DNA of 64,000 nt from Candidatus Omnitrophota bacterium (GTDB lineage: Bacteria; Omnitrophota; Gorgyraeia; JAGLLT01): positions 207,402 to 271,401 of the forward strand of contig DAOVJY010000001.1 of assembly GCA_030632085.1 (NCBI GenBank). Direction: 5' to 3'. The position numbers were made by a program, and so were the translations under genes. The notes beneath the pieces were generated by a model, which did no database searches, was not told the origin of the DNA, and saw nothing but the letters and a program-made list of their open reading frames with translations. Of this stretch, positions 29,895-40,609 are shown one piece after another. Position 1 is the stretch's first letter, and each line of letters opens with the position of its first letter.

Positions 29895-30826
29895 ATTCTG
29901 TCCCCATAATATTTAACTGTTTCAATCAACCCCTTTGCAAAATTACTTTTTGGACTATATTTCAAAATCTTTTTTGCTTTGCTTATGTCAGCAAGAGTAT
30001 GTCTGACATCTCCTGCTCTATGCGGTAAAAAAATGGGTTCTATATTTTTATTAGTTATCTCTTTTAAAATTTTTACCAACTTTAAAACACTGTATCTCTT
30101 TCCGCTTGCGATATTAAAAGCTTCTCCATTTATACCTAATTTATTTATAGCTAAAATATTAGCCATAACCACATCGTCAACATAGGTAAAATCTCTCGTC
30201 TGTTTTCCATCATCATGAATAGGTGGTTTTTTATCATGCAACAAACTGGTTATAAATTTAGGAATAGCCATCGCGTATTTAGATTCAAGAGGTTGCCTGG
30301 GTCCATAAACGTTGAAATAACGAAGTATCACTGTGGGAAGCTTATATTTACTTGAAAACAATCGGCAGTAATATTCTCCGGCTAATTTTGAAACACTATA
30401 AGGTGAAATAGGATTTTGGGGCATATCCTCCACAATTGGCAGTCGCTTAACTATTCCATAAATAGAGCTTGATGAAGCAAAAATTACTTTTTTGACTTTA
30501 TTATGCTTCGCGGCCAGCAAAACATTTAAGGTGCCTTCCGCGTTAACCTTATCAAATTTTAAAGGATTATCAATAGATTTAGGAACAGATCTAAGCGCAG
30601 CTTGGTGCAATATGCAATCTATGCTTTTTGAAGCTTCTTTTAAATGCGAAATATTTGTTATGCTAGCTTTAACGAACCTAATTTTTTTTAAATGTTTCTG
30701 TAAATATTCTAATTTTCCCGTTGACAAATCATCATATACTGACACTTTATATTTTAATTTGACAAGTTTTTCTACAATGTGCGAACCAATAAATCCGGCA
30801 CCTCCGGTAACTAATACTCTTTTCAT
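29891..30826 (-). CDS. SDR UDP-GlcNAc(A) 4-epimerase-like (WbpP/TviC-like)
   Basis: HQAALRSVPKS, SPYSVSK, LRYFNVYGPRQ. Confidence 0.85.
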   Translation of the reverse strand: MKRVLVTGGAGFIGSHIVEKLVKLKYKVSVYDDLSTGKLEYLQKHLKKIRFVKASITNISHLKEASKSIDCILHQAALRSVPKSIDNPLKFDKVNAEGTLNVLLAAKHNKVKKVIFASSSSIYGIVKRLPIVEDMPQNPISPYSVSKLAGEYYCRLFSSKYKLPTVILRYFNVYGPRQPLESKYAMAIPKFITSLLHDKKPPIHDDGKQTRDFTYVDDVVMANILAINKLGINGEAFNIASGKRYSVLKLVKILKEITNKNIEPIFLPHRAGDVRHTLADISKAKKILKYSPKSNFAKGLIETVKYYGDRI

Positions 30827-31761
30827 AGTAAATTTTTCTTGTAATAATTTAATGTCTTTTTTATGCCTTCAGCAAAAGATGTTGTGGACTTGTAAAAAAT
30901 TTTTCTTTCGATTTTAGAAATACTGGCTTTAGTAGAATAAACATCACCAGGTCTGGGTTTTTTGTAGCAGGGTTCAATGTTTGTTTTTAAAAGACTATTT
31001 AATGTTTTAGTTATACTATTAACTGTATAACTTCTGCCAGACGCTACATTAAAAACTTCACCATTAGCATTGTTACTATTCAAAGACAGCTTAATAGCCT
31101 TAACTATATCTTTAACATAAACAAAGTCTCTTTCTTGGCCTCCATCGCCATATATGGGAGGCTTTTTCCTTTGCAACATCAATGAAGCAAACTTTGGTAT
31201 TACGGACGCATAGTGGCTTGATAGCGATTGCTTTGGACCATATACATTAAAAAAACGGAGACTTACTGTAGGTAAGGAATAAATCTCATTAAATAATTTA
31301 CAGTAATATTCCCCAATAAGTTTAGTTACACCATATGGTGAAACAGGCTGAACATTATAAGATTCACTAACAACCAGGCTACCAATTTCTCCGTATACAG
31401 CGCTGGAAGACGCGAATATAAATTTCTTTATATTGTTTTCCCGCGCAGCTAAAAGTGTTTTTAGGGTTCCTATTACATTAACCTTATTATACTTAACTGG
31501 ATTCATAATAGATTCAGGTACCGAAATCAGAGCAGCTAAATGAATAATATAATCATGTCCCCTGATGGCCTTTTTTAAAAGAGGTAAATTGGTTATATCC
31601 CCTTTTATAAATTTAATCTCTTTTAAATGTCCTCGTAAATTTTCCTTTTTACCACTTGAAAGATTATCTATTACTGTAACATGGTGTTTCCTTTTAAGAA
31701 GTTCGGCCACAACATGTGAACCTATAAAACCGGCACCGCCGGTGATTAAGTAATTACTCAT
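30823..31761 (-). CDS. SDR UDP-sugar 4-epimerase-like (second paralog)
   Basis: HLAALISVPES, SPYGVTK, LRFFNVYGPKQ. Confidence 0.85.
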   Translation of the reverse strand: MSNYLITGGAGFIGSHVVAELLKRKHHVTVIDNLSSGKKENLRGHLKEIKFIKGDITNLPLLKKAIRGHDYIIHLAALISVPESIMNPVKYNKVNVIGTLKTLLAARENNIKKFIFASSSAVYGEIGSLVVSESYNVQPVSPYGVTKLIGEYYCKLFNEIYSLPTVSLRFFNVYGPKQSLSSHYASVIPKFASLMLQRKKPPIYGDGGQERDFVYVKDIVKAIKLSLNSNNANGEVFNVASGRSYTVNSITKTLNSLLKTNIEPCYKKPRPGDVYSTKASISKIERKIFYKSTTSFAEGIKKTLNYYKKNLL

Positions 31762-33065
31762 AATCTAACTATATTATCCTTCTTAGTTTTTATATTTTTT
31801 AAGGCGTTGCGTGTATCTAGGACAACATTGGCTTCCCGGGCAATCATTTTATAATTAAGCTTGCTGTGGTCAGTGACAATAACAACGCAGTCATATTTTC
31901 CTATATTAGCCTTGGTGAGTTTTTCAAGGCTTTGAATTCTTTTTTGATTAACCCTTATACTGCCGACATGAGGATCGAAATAGTCTACTTTGGTTTTTTT
32001 TCTTAAAAGGGTTGATATTATATTTAAAGCAGGTGATTCCCTTGTGTCACTAATATCCTTTTTATAACTTACACCTATAATAAGTATTTTAGACGCTTTG
32101 ATATCCTTTTTATTCTTTCTTAGTACGGATGATAATTTGTTAACCACATACGCCGGCATTGACCTGTTTATCTCATGAGCCAAATCTATCATATTGTATG
32201 CTTTGTAACCGGCTACTTTAGCCTTCCATGAAAGAAACTTGGGATCTGTAGGCAGGCAATGACCTCCTAGACCGGGGCCGGGATAAAAGGGCATAAAACC
32301 GAAAGGTTTAGTCTTGGCCGCATCAATAACATCCCAAACGTCAATTTTCAACTTATGGCACATCTTATTAAATTGATTTATAAGACCGATATTGACACTC
32401 CTAAACGTATTTTCTAAAAGCTTGCTCATTTCGGCAACTTCTGATGAAGGTACTTGAATCACACTTTTAAAAACTTTCTTATATAAGTCCGCGGCTATCT
32501 CAGTTGACTTCTCACTAACCCCACCAACAATTTTAGGAATGTTTTTAAGTTGATATTTTTTATTTAAGGGATCCACCCTCTCAGATGAAAATGTCAGATA
32601 AAAATCTTTATCTAGCTTTAATCCGCTTTTTTCGAGCTCAGGCAAGACAACTTCTCTGGTTGTTCCGGGATACGTCGTACTTTCCAATATAACTAACTGT
32701 GATTTCTTAAGTTGTTTCTGGATCGTCTTAACACTTTTTCTAATATAAGATATATCCGGCTCACCCGTTTTGCTAAGCGGTGTGGGAACGCAAATAATAA
32801 CAACATCGCTTTGGGATAAAATATCAGCTGATGTTGTGGCGTGAAAATTTTTGGATAAATATTTTTTAAGCTCTTCAAAAGGCACATCCTCAACGTAAGA
32901 TTTACCGTTTTGAAGAAGTTTAATCCTTTCTTTATCTATATCAAAAACACTTACCTTAAAATTCTTACTACAGAAAAGCATAGCTAAAGGTAAACCGACA
33001 TAACCTGCTCCCACTATAGCAATGCAAGCCTTATTGGATGAAATTCTATCATTTAAAATCTTCAT
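31758..33065 (-). CDS. UDP-N-acetylhexosamine 6-dehydrogenase (WbpA/TviB-like)
   Basis: GAGYVGLP, CVPTPL, ESTTYPGTT, KLLENTFRSVNI, PGPGLGGHC. Confidence 0.92.
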   Translation of the reverse strand: MKILNDRISSNKACIAIVGAGYVGLPLAMLFCSKNFKVSVFDIDKERIKLLQNGKSYVEDVPFEELKKYLSKNFHATTSADILSQSDVVIICVPTPLSKTGEPDISYIRKSVKTIQKQLKKSQLVILESTTYPGTTREVVLPELEKSGLKLDKDFYLTFSSERVDPLNKKYQLKNIPKIVGGVSEKSTEIAADLYKKVFKSVIQVPSSEVAEMSKLLENTFRSVNIGLINQFNKMCHKLKIDVWDVIDAAKTKPFGFMPFYPGPGLGGHCLPTDPKFLSWKAKVAGYKAYNMIDLAHEINRSMPAYVVNKLSSVLRKNKKDIKASKILIIGVSYKKDISDTRESPALNIISTLLRKKTKVDYFDPHVGSIRVNQKRIQSLEKLTKANIGKYDCVVIVTDHSKLNYKMIAREANVVLDTRNALKNIKTKKDNIVRL

Positions 33066-34024
33066 TTAACTTTTTCTCTCCAGTAGTTTAAAAGATCTTC
33101 CATAGTTTTCTCAAAAGGAATTTCAGGTTTCCAGCCGGTCTGTTTGGTGAATTTACTGTTATCCCCTAAAAGAATTTGAACATCACTAGGCCGCATTCTG
33201 GCTTTATCCGGTTCGATCTTGACATCTGCTTTACTAAGACTCAACAAGATATCCAGAACTTCCTTGATTGAATATGCTTTGCCGCAACAAATATTATATT
33301 CTTCACCAGGCTTACCCTTTTCCAAAGCAAGCCAATATCCTCTTACCATATCCCTTACGTCTGTAAAATCTCTTTGGGCATCTAAATTACCAACTCTGAT
33401 AATCGGCTGTTGTTTACCAGCTTCAATTTTAGCTATCTGCTTAGCAAAGTTACTACAAACAAACACTTCCCCTCTTCTGGGGCCGGTATGATTGAAACCT
33501 CTGGTCCTAATAATATTTAAGCCATAACTTTTGAAATATTGATAACCCAATAAATCCTGGCCTACTTTAGAAACTCCATAAGGACTTAAAGGTCTTAAAG
33601 GATTACTCTCTTTTATAGGAACCTCATCCTCTTCAACATATCCATATTCCTCGGAAGAACAGGCTATTTGAATAAAAGGATTGATGCCTATCTGCCGCAT
33701 TGCCTCAAATATATTAAGCTGTCCGATAACATTGGTCGTTAATGTTTCTGCCGGTGCTCTCCAGGATGTAGGCACAAAGGATTGAGCTGCTAGATGAAAA
33801 ATCCTATCAGGTCTTATTTCTTCTAAAACTTTTCTGACATTGGAAGCATCTCTTATATCACACTCATGCAGTTTAATGCCCTTTTCGCATAAGTGTTCAA
33901 TGTTATCTGTCTTGGAGCGCCATCTAACCATACCGTAAATTTCAACATCTTTATGCTTTTCAAGCAAGTATTCAGCCATGTGGCTTCCGGTAAAACCGGT
34001 AACCCCGGTTATTAAAACTTTCAT
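33062..34024 (-). CDS. GDP-sugar SDR (GDP-mannose 4,6-dehydratase / GDP-4-keto-6-deoxymannose reductase family)
   Basis: HLAAQSFV, SPYGVSK, FNHTGPRR, GNLDAQRDFTD. Confidence 0.85.
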   Translation of the reverse strand: MKVLITGVTGFTGSHMAEYLLEKHKDVEIYGMVRWRSKTDNIEHLCEKGIKLHECDIRDASNVRKVLEEIRPDRIFHLAAQSFVPTSWRAPAETLTTNVIGQLNIFEAMRQIGINPFIQIACSSEEYGYVEEDEVPIKESNPLRPLSPYGVSKVGQDLLGYQYFKSYGLNIIRTRGFNHTGPRRGEVFVCSNFAKQIAKIEAGKQQPIIRVGNLDAQRDFTDVRDMVRGYWLALEKGKPGEEYNICCGKAYSIKEVLDILLSLSKADVKIEPDKARMRPSDVQILLGDNSKFTKQTGWKPEIPFEKTMEDLLNYWREKVK

Positions 34025-34039
34025 CTTTATCTCCTTTTA

Positions 34040-34966
34040 CTATTGACTTAAATAAGTCCTAAGCGCGTCCTGCCATGCCTTTAAGGGCTTTTGAATCAAA
34101 TCATTAAATCTACGATTACTTAAAATTGAACAAGTAGGTCTTGGAGCATACCTTTTATCTGCTTTATTATAAATTTCCTTTAATTCATCAGTGCTTATTG
34201 CTTGTACCTGAGCATCAATGCCTGCATATTTCAATATTTGCAAGGCATAATCATACCAACTACAAGTACCGGCATTGCTTATATGGTAGACCCCAAATAG
34301 CCCTTGGTTATCTCTGTCTTCCTCAAAGCGCTTACATATCTCAATTAATCCTTGAGATAAATCAATAGTATTAGTAGGTGAACCTATCTGATCATCTACT
34401 ATTCTTAATAATTCTCCGCCTCTGGCCTTGGTGACTATTTTATCAACGAAGTTGGATCCGCATTTACCATATAGCCAGCTGGTTCTGGCGATAATATATT
34501 TATACCCCAAAATATTTTTGACGACTTCTTCACCGGCTAATTTTGACTTACCGTAAATACTTATTGGATTGACTTCATCTGTTGTTTTATAGATCGAAGT
34601 TTTCTTGCCATCAAAAACATAATCAGTACTTATATAAATCATGTTAGCGTTTATTTTCTTGGCCGCCCGGGCAACATTACTGGCGCCTTCTTCGTTTATC
34701 TTAAAAGCCAGCTCCTTATTTGCTTCACAATCATCCACTGCCGTATAGGCTGCAGTATGAATGACTATATCCGGTTTGACTTGCTTTAAAACAGCCTCAA
34801 TTTTCTTTTTGTCGGTTATGTTCGCTTGAACATAGGCATTATGAGATAAAATTTGCTCATTAGGCTCTTTTATATCTGTACCTACAAAAAAATAATCACC
34901 TTCTGCTAATAATTTACAAAGATCGCTACCCAACATCCCGGCAGAACCGGTAACTAAAATTATCAT
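34040..34966 (-). CDS. rfbD: dTDP-4-dehydrorhamnose reductase
   Basis: AAYTAVD, ISTDYVFDG, YGKSKLAGE, DQIGSPT. Confidence 0.93.
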   Translation of the reverse strand: MIILVTGSAGMLGSDLCKLLAEGDYFFVGTDIKEPNEQILSHNAYVQANITDKKKIEAVLKQVKPDIVIHTAAYTAVDDCEANKELAFKINEEGASNVARAAKKINANMIYISTDYVFDGKKTSIYKTTDEVNPISIYGKSKLAGEEVVKNILGYKYIIARTSWLYGKCGSNFVDKIVTKARGGELLRIVDDQIGSPTNTIDLSQGLIEICKRFEEDRDNQGLFGVYHISNAGTCSWYDYALQILKYAGIDAQVQAISTDELKEIYNKADKRYAPRPTCSILSNRRFNDLIQKPLKAWQDALRTYLSQ

Positions 34967-35970
34967 TTAATGCATCCGTATTGCTTTTGATAATATTTTA
35001 GATATTGCTGATTTCTCTTTTTTATCTTGTGCCACCACTTCTCATTATTTAAAAACCAATCAATGGTTTCCTTGAGTGCGTCTTCAAATCTATATACGGG
35101 TTTCCAACCCAGCTTTCTTAGTTTATCGCAATTAATTGAATATCTTCTATCATGTCCGAGCCGATCCTCTACATATTTGATTAAATCCTTACTTTTTTTA
35201 AGGTGTTTGAGGATTAATTTAGTTATCTTTATATTAGTTTCTTCATTACCCGCTCCAATATTATAAATTTGACCAATTTTACCTTTGTGCCAAACTTTAT
35301 CAAGCGCACGGCAATTATCCACTACATATATCCAGTCTCTGACGTTTTTACCATCACCATAAACAGGTAACTGTTTGCCTTCAAAAGCGTTAGTTATAAA
35401 TAAGGGCATCAATTTTTCGGGATATTGATAGGGTCCGAAATTGTTTGAACTTCTGGTTATTATTACTGGAATTTTATGAGTAGCGTAATATGATAAAGCC
35501 AATAAGTCGCCGGCCGCCTTAGAAGCGGAATAAGGACTATTAGGTTCTAAAGGATCATTTTCCTCAAAAGACCCTTTTAAAGTGGAGCCATAAACTTCAT
35601 CAGTTGATATCTGAATAAACTTACTGATTCTGTGCTTTTTAGTTGCTTCAAGAAGAACGTTAGTTCCATAAACATTGGTCTTAATAAAATCTGTGGCATC
35701 TAATATGGAACGGTCTACATGGGTGCAAGCGGCAAAGTTGATGATGCATTCACACTTGGAAGCTAAATCATCTACTAATTTTTTATTACAAATATCACCT
35801 TTTACAAAATGGTAATTATTGCTTACAATACCCTTTAAATTATCCGGATTGCCGCAATAAGTCAACTTATCCAGATTAATTATTTGATAATCAGGATATT
35901 TATTTATAACGTATCTAATGAAGTTTGAACCGATAAACCCGGCTCCGCCTGTGATAAGTATTTTTTTCAT
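34963..35970 (-). CDS. rfbB: dTDP-glucose 4,6-dehydratase
   Basis: LDKLTY, HVDRSI, STDEVYG, PYSASKA, GHDRRY. Confidence 0.95.
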   Translation of the reverse strand: MKKILITGGAGFIGSNFIRYVINKYPDYQIINLDKLTYCGNPDNLKGIVSNNYHFVKGDICNKKLVDDLASKCECIINFAACTHVDRSILDATDFIKTNVYGTNVLLEATKKHRISKFIQISTDEVYGSTLKGSFEENDPLEPNSPYSASKAAGDLLALSYYATHKIPVIITRSSNNFGPYQYPEKLMPLFITNAFEGKQLPVYGDGKNVRDWIYVVDNCRALDKVWHKGKIGQIYNIGAGNEETNIKITKLILKHLKKSKDLIKYVEDRLGHDRRYSINCDKLRKLGWKPVYRFEDALKETIDWFLNNEKWWHKIKKRNQQYLKYYQKQYGCIK

Positions 35971-35972
35971 TA

Positions 35973-36710
35973 TTATTTTTTCTCCCGCTCAGCAACTAAA
36001 TTATTCGCTCTTAAAAGCGATTCAATTGCACCCGCGTCAGTCCACCAGCCATCAAGAACGTCATAGCGCATTTTTCCCTCTTTTATATATGCATTGTTAA
36101 CATCTGTAATCTCAAGCTCTCCCCTGCCAGAGGGTTTCAATGTTTTAATTATCTTGTAAACACCGGCATCATACATATATATACCGGTGACAATATAATT
36201 GCTTTTAGGCTTATCGGGTTTTTCTTCGATGCCGAGTATCTTATCATCTTTCAACTCCACAGTCCCGAATCTTTCAGGGTCGTTTACTTTTTTTATAAGT
36301 ATCCTGCCGCCATCGGGCTGTTCTCTGAATTTATCAACATATGTTTTTATGCTTTTCTCAAAAATATTATCGCCTAAAATTACAACGACTTTATGGCCTT
36401 CGGCGAAATGTTCTGTGAGCCCCAAAGCATCAGCAATGCCGCCTTCGCCCTGTTGATAAGTATAGTTAATATGCTTAAGGCCAAATTCAGATCCATTGCC
36501 CAACAAGCGCAGGAAGTCTCCGGCGTTATTGCCTCCGGTAACAATCATAATGTCATCTATGCCGGCTTTAACCAAAGCCTCTAGAGGGTAAAAAATCATA
36601 GGTTTATTATATATAGCCAATAAATGCTTATTGGTGATTTTGGTTAAAGGATGAAGTCTGGTTCCCAAACCTCCGGCTAAAATAATTCCTTTTACCTTAT
36701 CTTTACTCAT
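35973..36710 (-). CDS. rfbA: Glucose-1-phosphate thymidylyltransferase (short SpsI-like form)
   Basis: GIILAGGLGTRL, EKP, SGRGELEITD, WTDAG; start ATG at 36710 overlaps the rfbC stop (ATGA). Confidence 0.88.
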   Translation of the reverse strand: MSKDKVKGIILAGGLGTRLHPLTKITNKHLLAIYNKPMIFYPLEALVKAGIDDIMIVTGGNNAGDFLRLLGNGSEFGLKHINYTYQQGEGGIADALGLTEHFAEGHKVVVILGDNIFEKSIKTYVDKFREQPDGGRILIKKVNDPERFGTVELKDDKILGIEEKPDKPKSNYIVTGIYMYDAGVYKIIKTLKPSGRGELEITDVNNAYIKEGKMRYDVLDGWWTDAGAIESLLRANNLVAEREKK

Positions 36711-37156
36711 AATTTTTCCTCTTTGTCCCAATCGTAATATTTATTATCCACTCTAATTTCATCAGGATCTTGATGATTATATTCCTGATTAATTACATTT
36801 ATAACTACAGATTCTCCTTTTAGACTTTTAAAGGCATGCAAAATTTTAGGCGGAATAGTTACAATGGCAAAATTTTCATCACCCAAGACAAATTCATTTA
36901 TCTCACCTTTTGTAGAGCTGTCTTCTCTGGTATCAACAATAATTATCTTCATCTTACCCTTAATACAGCACATATTATCTGTCTGGAGATTATGCATATG
37001 AAAAGCATGCTTATCTTTAGCTATGCCTTCATAGGCCGTAGTCATATATACCTGGGCAGGCTGGACGTTATTATCAGAAACTCTGAATATTTCCAGCAAG
37101 CGGCCTCTTTCGTCCGGGATAACCTTTAATTGTTTGACTTTTACACCATTTATCAT
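36707..37156 (-). CDS. rfbC: dTDP-4-dehydrorhamnose 3,5-epimerase family (short form)
   Basis: DERG, FHMH, DTREDSST, HAF. Confidence 0.85.
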   Translation of the reverse strand: MINGVKVKQLKVIPDERGRLLEIFRVSDNNVQPAQVYMTTAYEGIAKDKHAFHMHNLQTDNMCCIKGKMKIIIVDTREDSSTKGEINEFVLGDENFAIVTIPPKILHAFKSLKGESVVINVINQEYNHQDPDEIRVDNKYYDWDKEEKL

Positions 37157-37174
37157 AATTATATACCTCCTGTT

Positions 37175-38473
37175 TTACGATTTTTTACCAATACAAACAT
37201 ATTTAAATCCTTGCTTGCGCATTACATCAGGATCGTAAATATTTCGGCCATCAACAATAATCGGATCATTTAAAAGCTCTTTGATTTTAGCTAAATCTAA
37301 CTCTTTAAATTCACTCCATTCAGTAATTATCACCAAGGCATCAGCCCCATCAGCTGCTTCATACGAGCTAGAGCAATATTTAACCTTGGGAAGCACTTTG
37401 GACATTTTATCCATAGCATACGGATCATAAGCATTTATCGTAGCCCCATCTTTTTGTAATGCCTGAATAATATCAATGGAAGGCGCAAACCTGATATCAT
37501 CTGTATTGGGCTTAAATGATAAACCTAGGACGGCTATTTTTTTACCTTTTATATTCCAGAGGGCATTTTCTATCTTCTTAATAAAACGTTCTTTTTGAGT
37601 TTTATTAATCTCCTGAACAGCTTTCAGCAGCTTAAAATCATAACCCAGTTTTTCGGCTATCTTCACAAAAGCTGCCACGTCTTTAGGAAAACAAAAACCT
37701 CCAAAACCAACACCAGCTTTTAAGAATGTCGATCCAATTCTTTTATCCATTCCCATGCCTTCGGCCACCTTATCAACATCGGCTCCGGTCTTCTCGCAGA
37801 TGACAGATAAGGCATTAACAAAAGAAACTTTTGTAGCCAGAAACGAATTAGCGGCGTGTTTAATCAATTCAGCACTTTGAATGTCGGTTACAATAATAGT
37901 AGAATTAAGGGGCATATAAACCTCTTTTAATAAATCAGCCGCTCTCTCAGTCTCCACCCCGATTACAATCCTGTCCGGGTGCATAAAATCATCAACCGCG
38001 GAACCTTCTCTTAAAAATTCAGGATTGGATGCCACATCAAATTCAATATCTTTCTTGAGGCATCTGGATATAGTCTCTTTTACCCTCTGGCCGGTTTGAA
38101 CCGGAACAGTGCTCTTATCAACAATTAACCGATAGCTATCCATATTGAAAGCTACTTCTCTGGAAACATCTTCCACGCAGGATAAATCAGCTTCACCATT
38201 AGCTTTGGGTGGCGTTCCTACGGTAATATATATTATTTCTGAATCTTTAACCGCCCGCTTTAAATCAGTTGTAAAAACAAGACGTCCGGCCTTGGTGTTT
38301 CTTTTTACAATGTCCTCAAGTCCGGGTTCATAAATAGGCATTTTTAGATCTTTTAAGGCAGCTATTTTATCTTTATCATTATCAACGCAAATAACTTCAT
38401 TACCTAAATCCGAGAGACAACTGCCAGTTACAAGCCCGACATAGCCCGAGCCAATCACACATATTCTTTTCAT
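37175..38473 (-). CDS. ugd: UDP-glucose 6-dehydrogenase
   Basis: GSGYVGL, SNPEFLREG, GFGGFCFPKD, FKPNTDDIR. Confidence 0.93.
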   Translation of the reverse strand: MKRICVIGSGYVGLVTGSCLSDLGNEVICVDNDKDKIAALKDLKMPIYEPGLEDIVKRNTKAGRLVFTTDLKRAVKDSEIIYITVGTPPKANGEADLSCVEDVSREVAFNMDSYRLIVDKSTVPVQTGQRVKETISRCLKKDIEFDVASNPEFLREGSAVDDFMHPDRIVIGVETERAADLLKEVYMPLNSTIIVTDIQSAELIKHAANSFLATKVSFVNALSVICEKTGADVDKVAEGMGMDKRIGSTFLKAGVGFGGFCFPKDVAAFVKIAEKLGYDFKLLKAVQEINKTQKERFIKKIENALWNIKGKKIAVLGLSFKPNTDDIRFAPSIDIIQALQKDGATINAYDPYAMDKMSKVLPKVKYCSSSYEAADGADALVIITEWSEFKELDLAKIKELLNDPIIVDGRNIYDPDVMRKQGFKYVCIGKKS

Positions 38474-38476
38474 TTT

Positions 38477-40597
38477 TTAATCCTCCAATGATTGTGAACC
38501 TAACTTAGGTGAATGATAAGATTTTACCCATTCTATCGGAATATCAGGAAAAGCCTTAGGTGTAAATACTATCCAGATAGTTTCGCCTTCTTTAATATTC
38601 CAGATAAGTTCGGCTGTCCAGCAATGCAAATCTCGTTTAAATGAATACTCCTGTTCAACCAACTCATTTTTCTGAAAATCATATCGCTCATAAAACCCTA
38701 ACGTCCATTTAGGTGTTAGGCTATAAGTTGTATCAATAATACCTTCATGGTATTGCGTAGATTTAGTATATCTGGAACTTATACTAACTGCCCATTTGCT
38801 TTTAGTTATTTTCGTCCTCGCGTTAAAGACATCAAATTCATTGCGGTAAGGATCATAATTAGCATCAAATATAATTTCAAACCATCTCTTAGGATGCACT
38901 TCAAGCCTATTGTTTATATAAGACCACTGATGTCCTTCAATCTGAGGTGTAAAATCTACGCTATTTCTAAAAACAAGCAAATCAACTCTTTCCTTATCAT
39001 AAGTGCCCTCAGTATACCATTTAGTCTGAAGTTTATTATCAAGGGCAAAGGTGTAATATTTAGCTCTATCTATACCATCCAAACCGTCAAACTGTTCAAC
39101 CTTACTTGCCTCTGAAGTCGGTTTATGCCTGTAGGTATAAGTTATTGAAGGTGAAATTAAATGCCTAAGCTTATTAACCTCAACTCCTAAATAGGTATCC
39201 TCAATATCAAACATCCTGAAAATCTTAGTCGTCAGACTATAACCCGAATACCAACAACTTTTGGTGAAGTCTCTATCGTTACCCGACTTATCTTTAGTAT
39301 AAAATGTCTCTATCCTACCTATGTGCGGAGTGAACTCCAACCAGTCAAGATAACCAAAAAGACGCGTAGGATAACCTAATTTATTATCAGTATAGAATCT
39401 TATTGAATCATGATCCAGACCCGTTTTGGCTTCTTTCTTATTAAAATTATCAAATTGATACTGGGCCGTATAATAAAAACGACTTGAACCAAGCCTATAG
39501 TTATTAATGTTATATTTCAATTCCGGGAGGGTTTCAACGATAGTTCTAAAATGATTAATCCTTTTTCTAAAAAGAAAACTTAATGAATAATGCGCTTTAT
39601 TTCTAGTTATAGATAAGTATGTGGCCGGCAGAGGATCTTCAACGTACTCCCTATAAAAATAATCTTTAATAAAAGTATAATCACTGTATTTATTAATTTC
39701 AGCCATAACCTCTGTGCACGAATCCATATCCCATTTATGAACTAGGGCAATTCGATATCTGTCTTTTTCAGCAGCCAGGCTTTCTTTTATCTTTCTGTCT
39801 CTTTCCTGAGTATAGTAACCCTTAAATGTACCTTCGCCGAATTTATTAGTATTGTATTCAACATCTACACCTTCACCAAAACCGAGATTCTCGCGCCAAT
39901 CGAAACGCAGCCAACCTTTTAAGTTGTCGTTTATATTATATCTCCAGCCGGTTAAGAGGAAATTACCCCATTGCTTATCATGTCCTGGAACAATTTGAAC
40001 TTTCGGCCTGTTATCTTTTAGAGAATGCGCGTAATAAGGCATATACATAATGGGAATATTACCCACATAGAATAAAACATTCCTAGCTACAACTTTATCG
40101 TTGGGATAAATACGAAGTTTCTTTGATTCTATTCTATAATGAGGCTTCTTAAAATCGCAAGTGGTTATATATCCCTTAAGGGCAATTAGTTCTTTATCGG
40201 AAACTTTTTCTAATGTTTCAGCACCACCGAATATCTTACCGCTTTCAAAATTACCATGAATAAATGTGCCTTTTTTTGTCCGCACATTATAATATAACTT
40301 ATCAGCACTATATATCTCTTCGCCTTTATAAAGAATTACTTTCCCTGACGCATAAATATCTTCACTTTGGGTGAAATATATGACCTCCCGGGCCGTAATC
40401 CTCGTATCCATATGAGTTATAATTACGTTTCCGGTGATTCTGATTTTTTTATTGGCATCAGAATATTCAATAGTATCACCCTGGCAATCCACAGGTTGCG
40501 ACTCATCATACATAGCAGCCGCAGCTATGTCAAAAAACAACAAAATAATAACTAATCCACTTGTGAAAAAATATAAAGACTTTTTAAATAGACCCAT
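38477..40597 (-). CDS. lptD: LPS assembly outer-membrane protein LptD
   Basis: Signal peptide, OstA-like N-domain, TTCD..PHY, beta-barrel-type aromatic strands, C-terminal RDLHCW. Confidence 0.85.
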   Translation of the reverse strand: MGLFKKSLYFFTSGLVIILLFFDIAAAAMYDESQPVDCQGDTIEYSDANKKIRITGNVIITHMDTRITAREVIYFTQSEDIYASGKVILYKGEEIYSADKLYYNVRTKKGTFIHGNFESGKIFGGAETLEKVSDKELIALKGYITTCDFKKPHYRIESKKLRIYPNDKVVARNVLFYVGNIPIMYMPYYAHSLKDNRPKVQIVPGHDKQWGNFLLTGWRYNINDNLKGWLRFDWRENLGFGEGVDVEYNTNKFGEGTFKGYYTQERDRKIKESLAAEKDRYRIALVHKWDMDSCTEVMAEINKYSDYTFIKDYFYREYVEDPLPATYLSITRNKAHYSLSFLFRKRINHFRTIVETLPELKYNINNYRLGSSRFYYTAQYQFDNFNKKEAKTGLDHDSIRFYTDNKLGYPTRLFGYLDWLEFTPHIGRIETFYTKDKSGNDRDFTKSCWYSGYSLTTKIFRMFDIEDTYLGVEVNKLRHLISPSITYTYRHKPTSEASKVEQFDGLDGIDRAKYYTFALDNKLQTKWYTEGTYDKERVDLLVFRNSVDFTPQIEGHQWSYINNRLEVHPKRWFEIIFDANYDPYRNEFDVFNARTKITKSKWAVSISSRYTKSTQYHEGIIDTTYSLTPKWTLGFYERYDFQKNELVEQEYSFKRDLHCWTAELIWNIKEGETIWIVFTPKAFPDIPIEWVKSYHSPKLGSQSLED

Positions 40598-40609
40598 TAT
40601 AAGAATACT

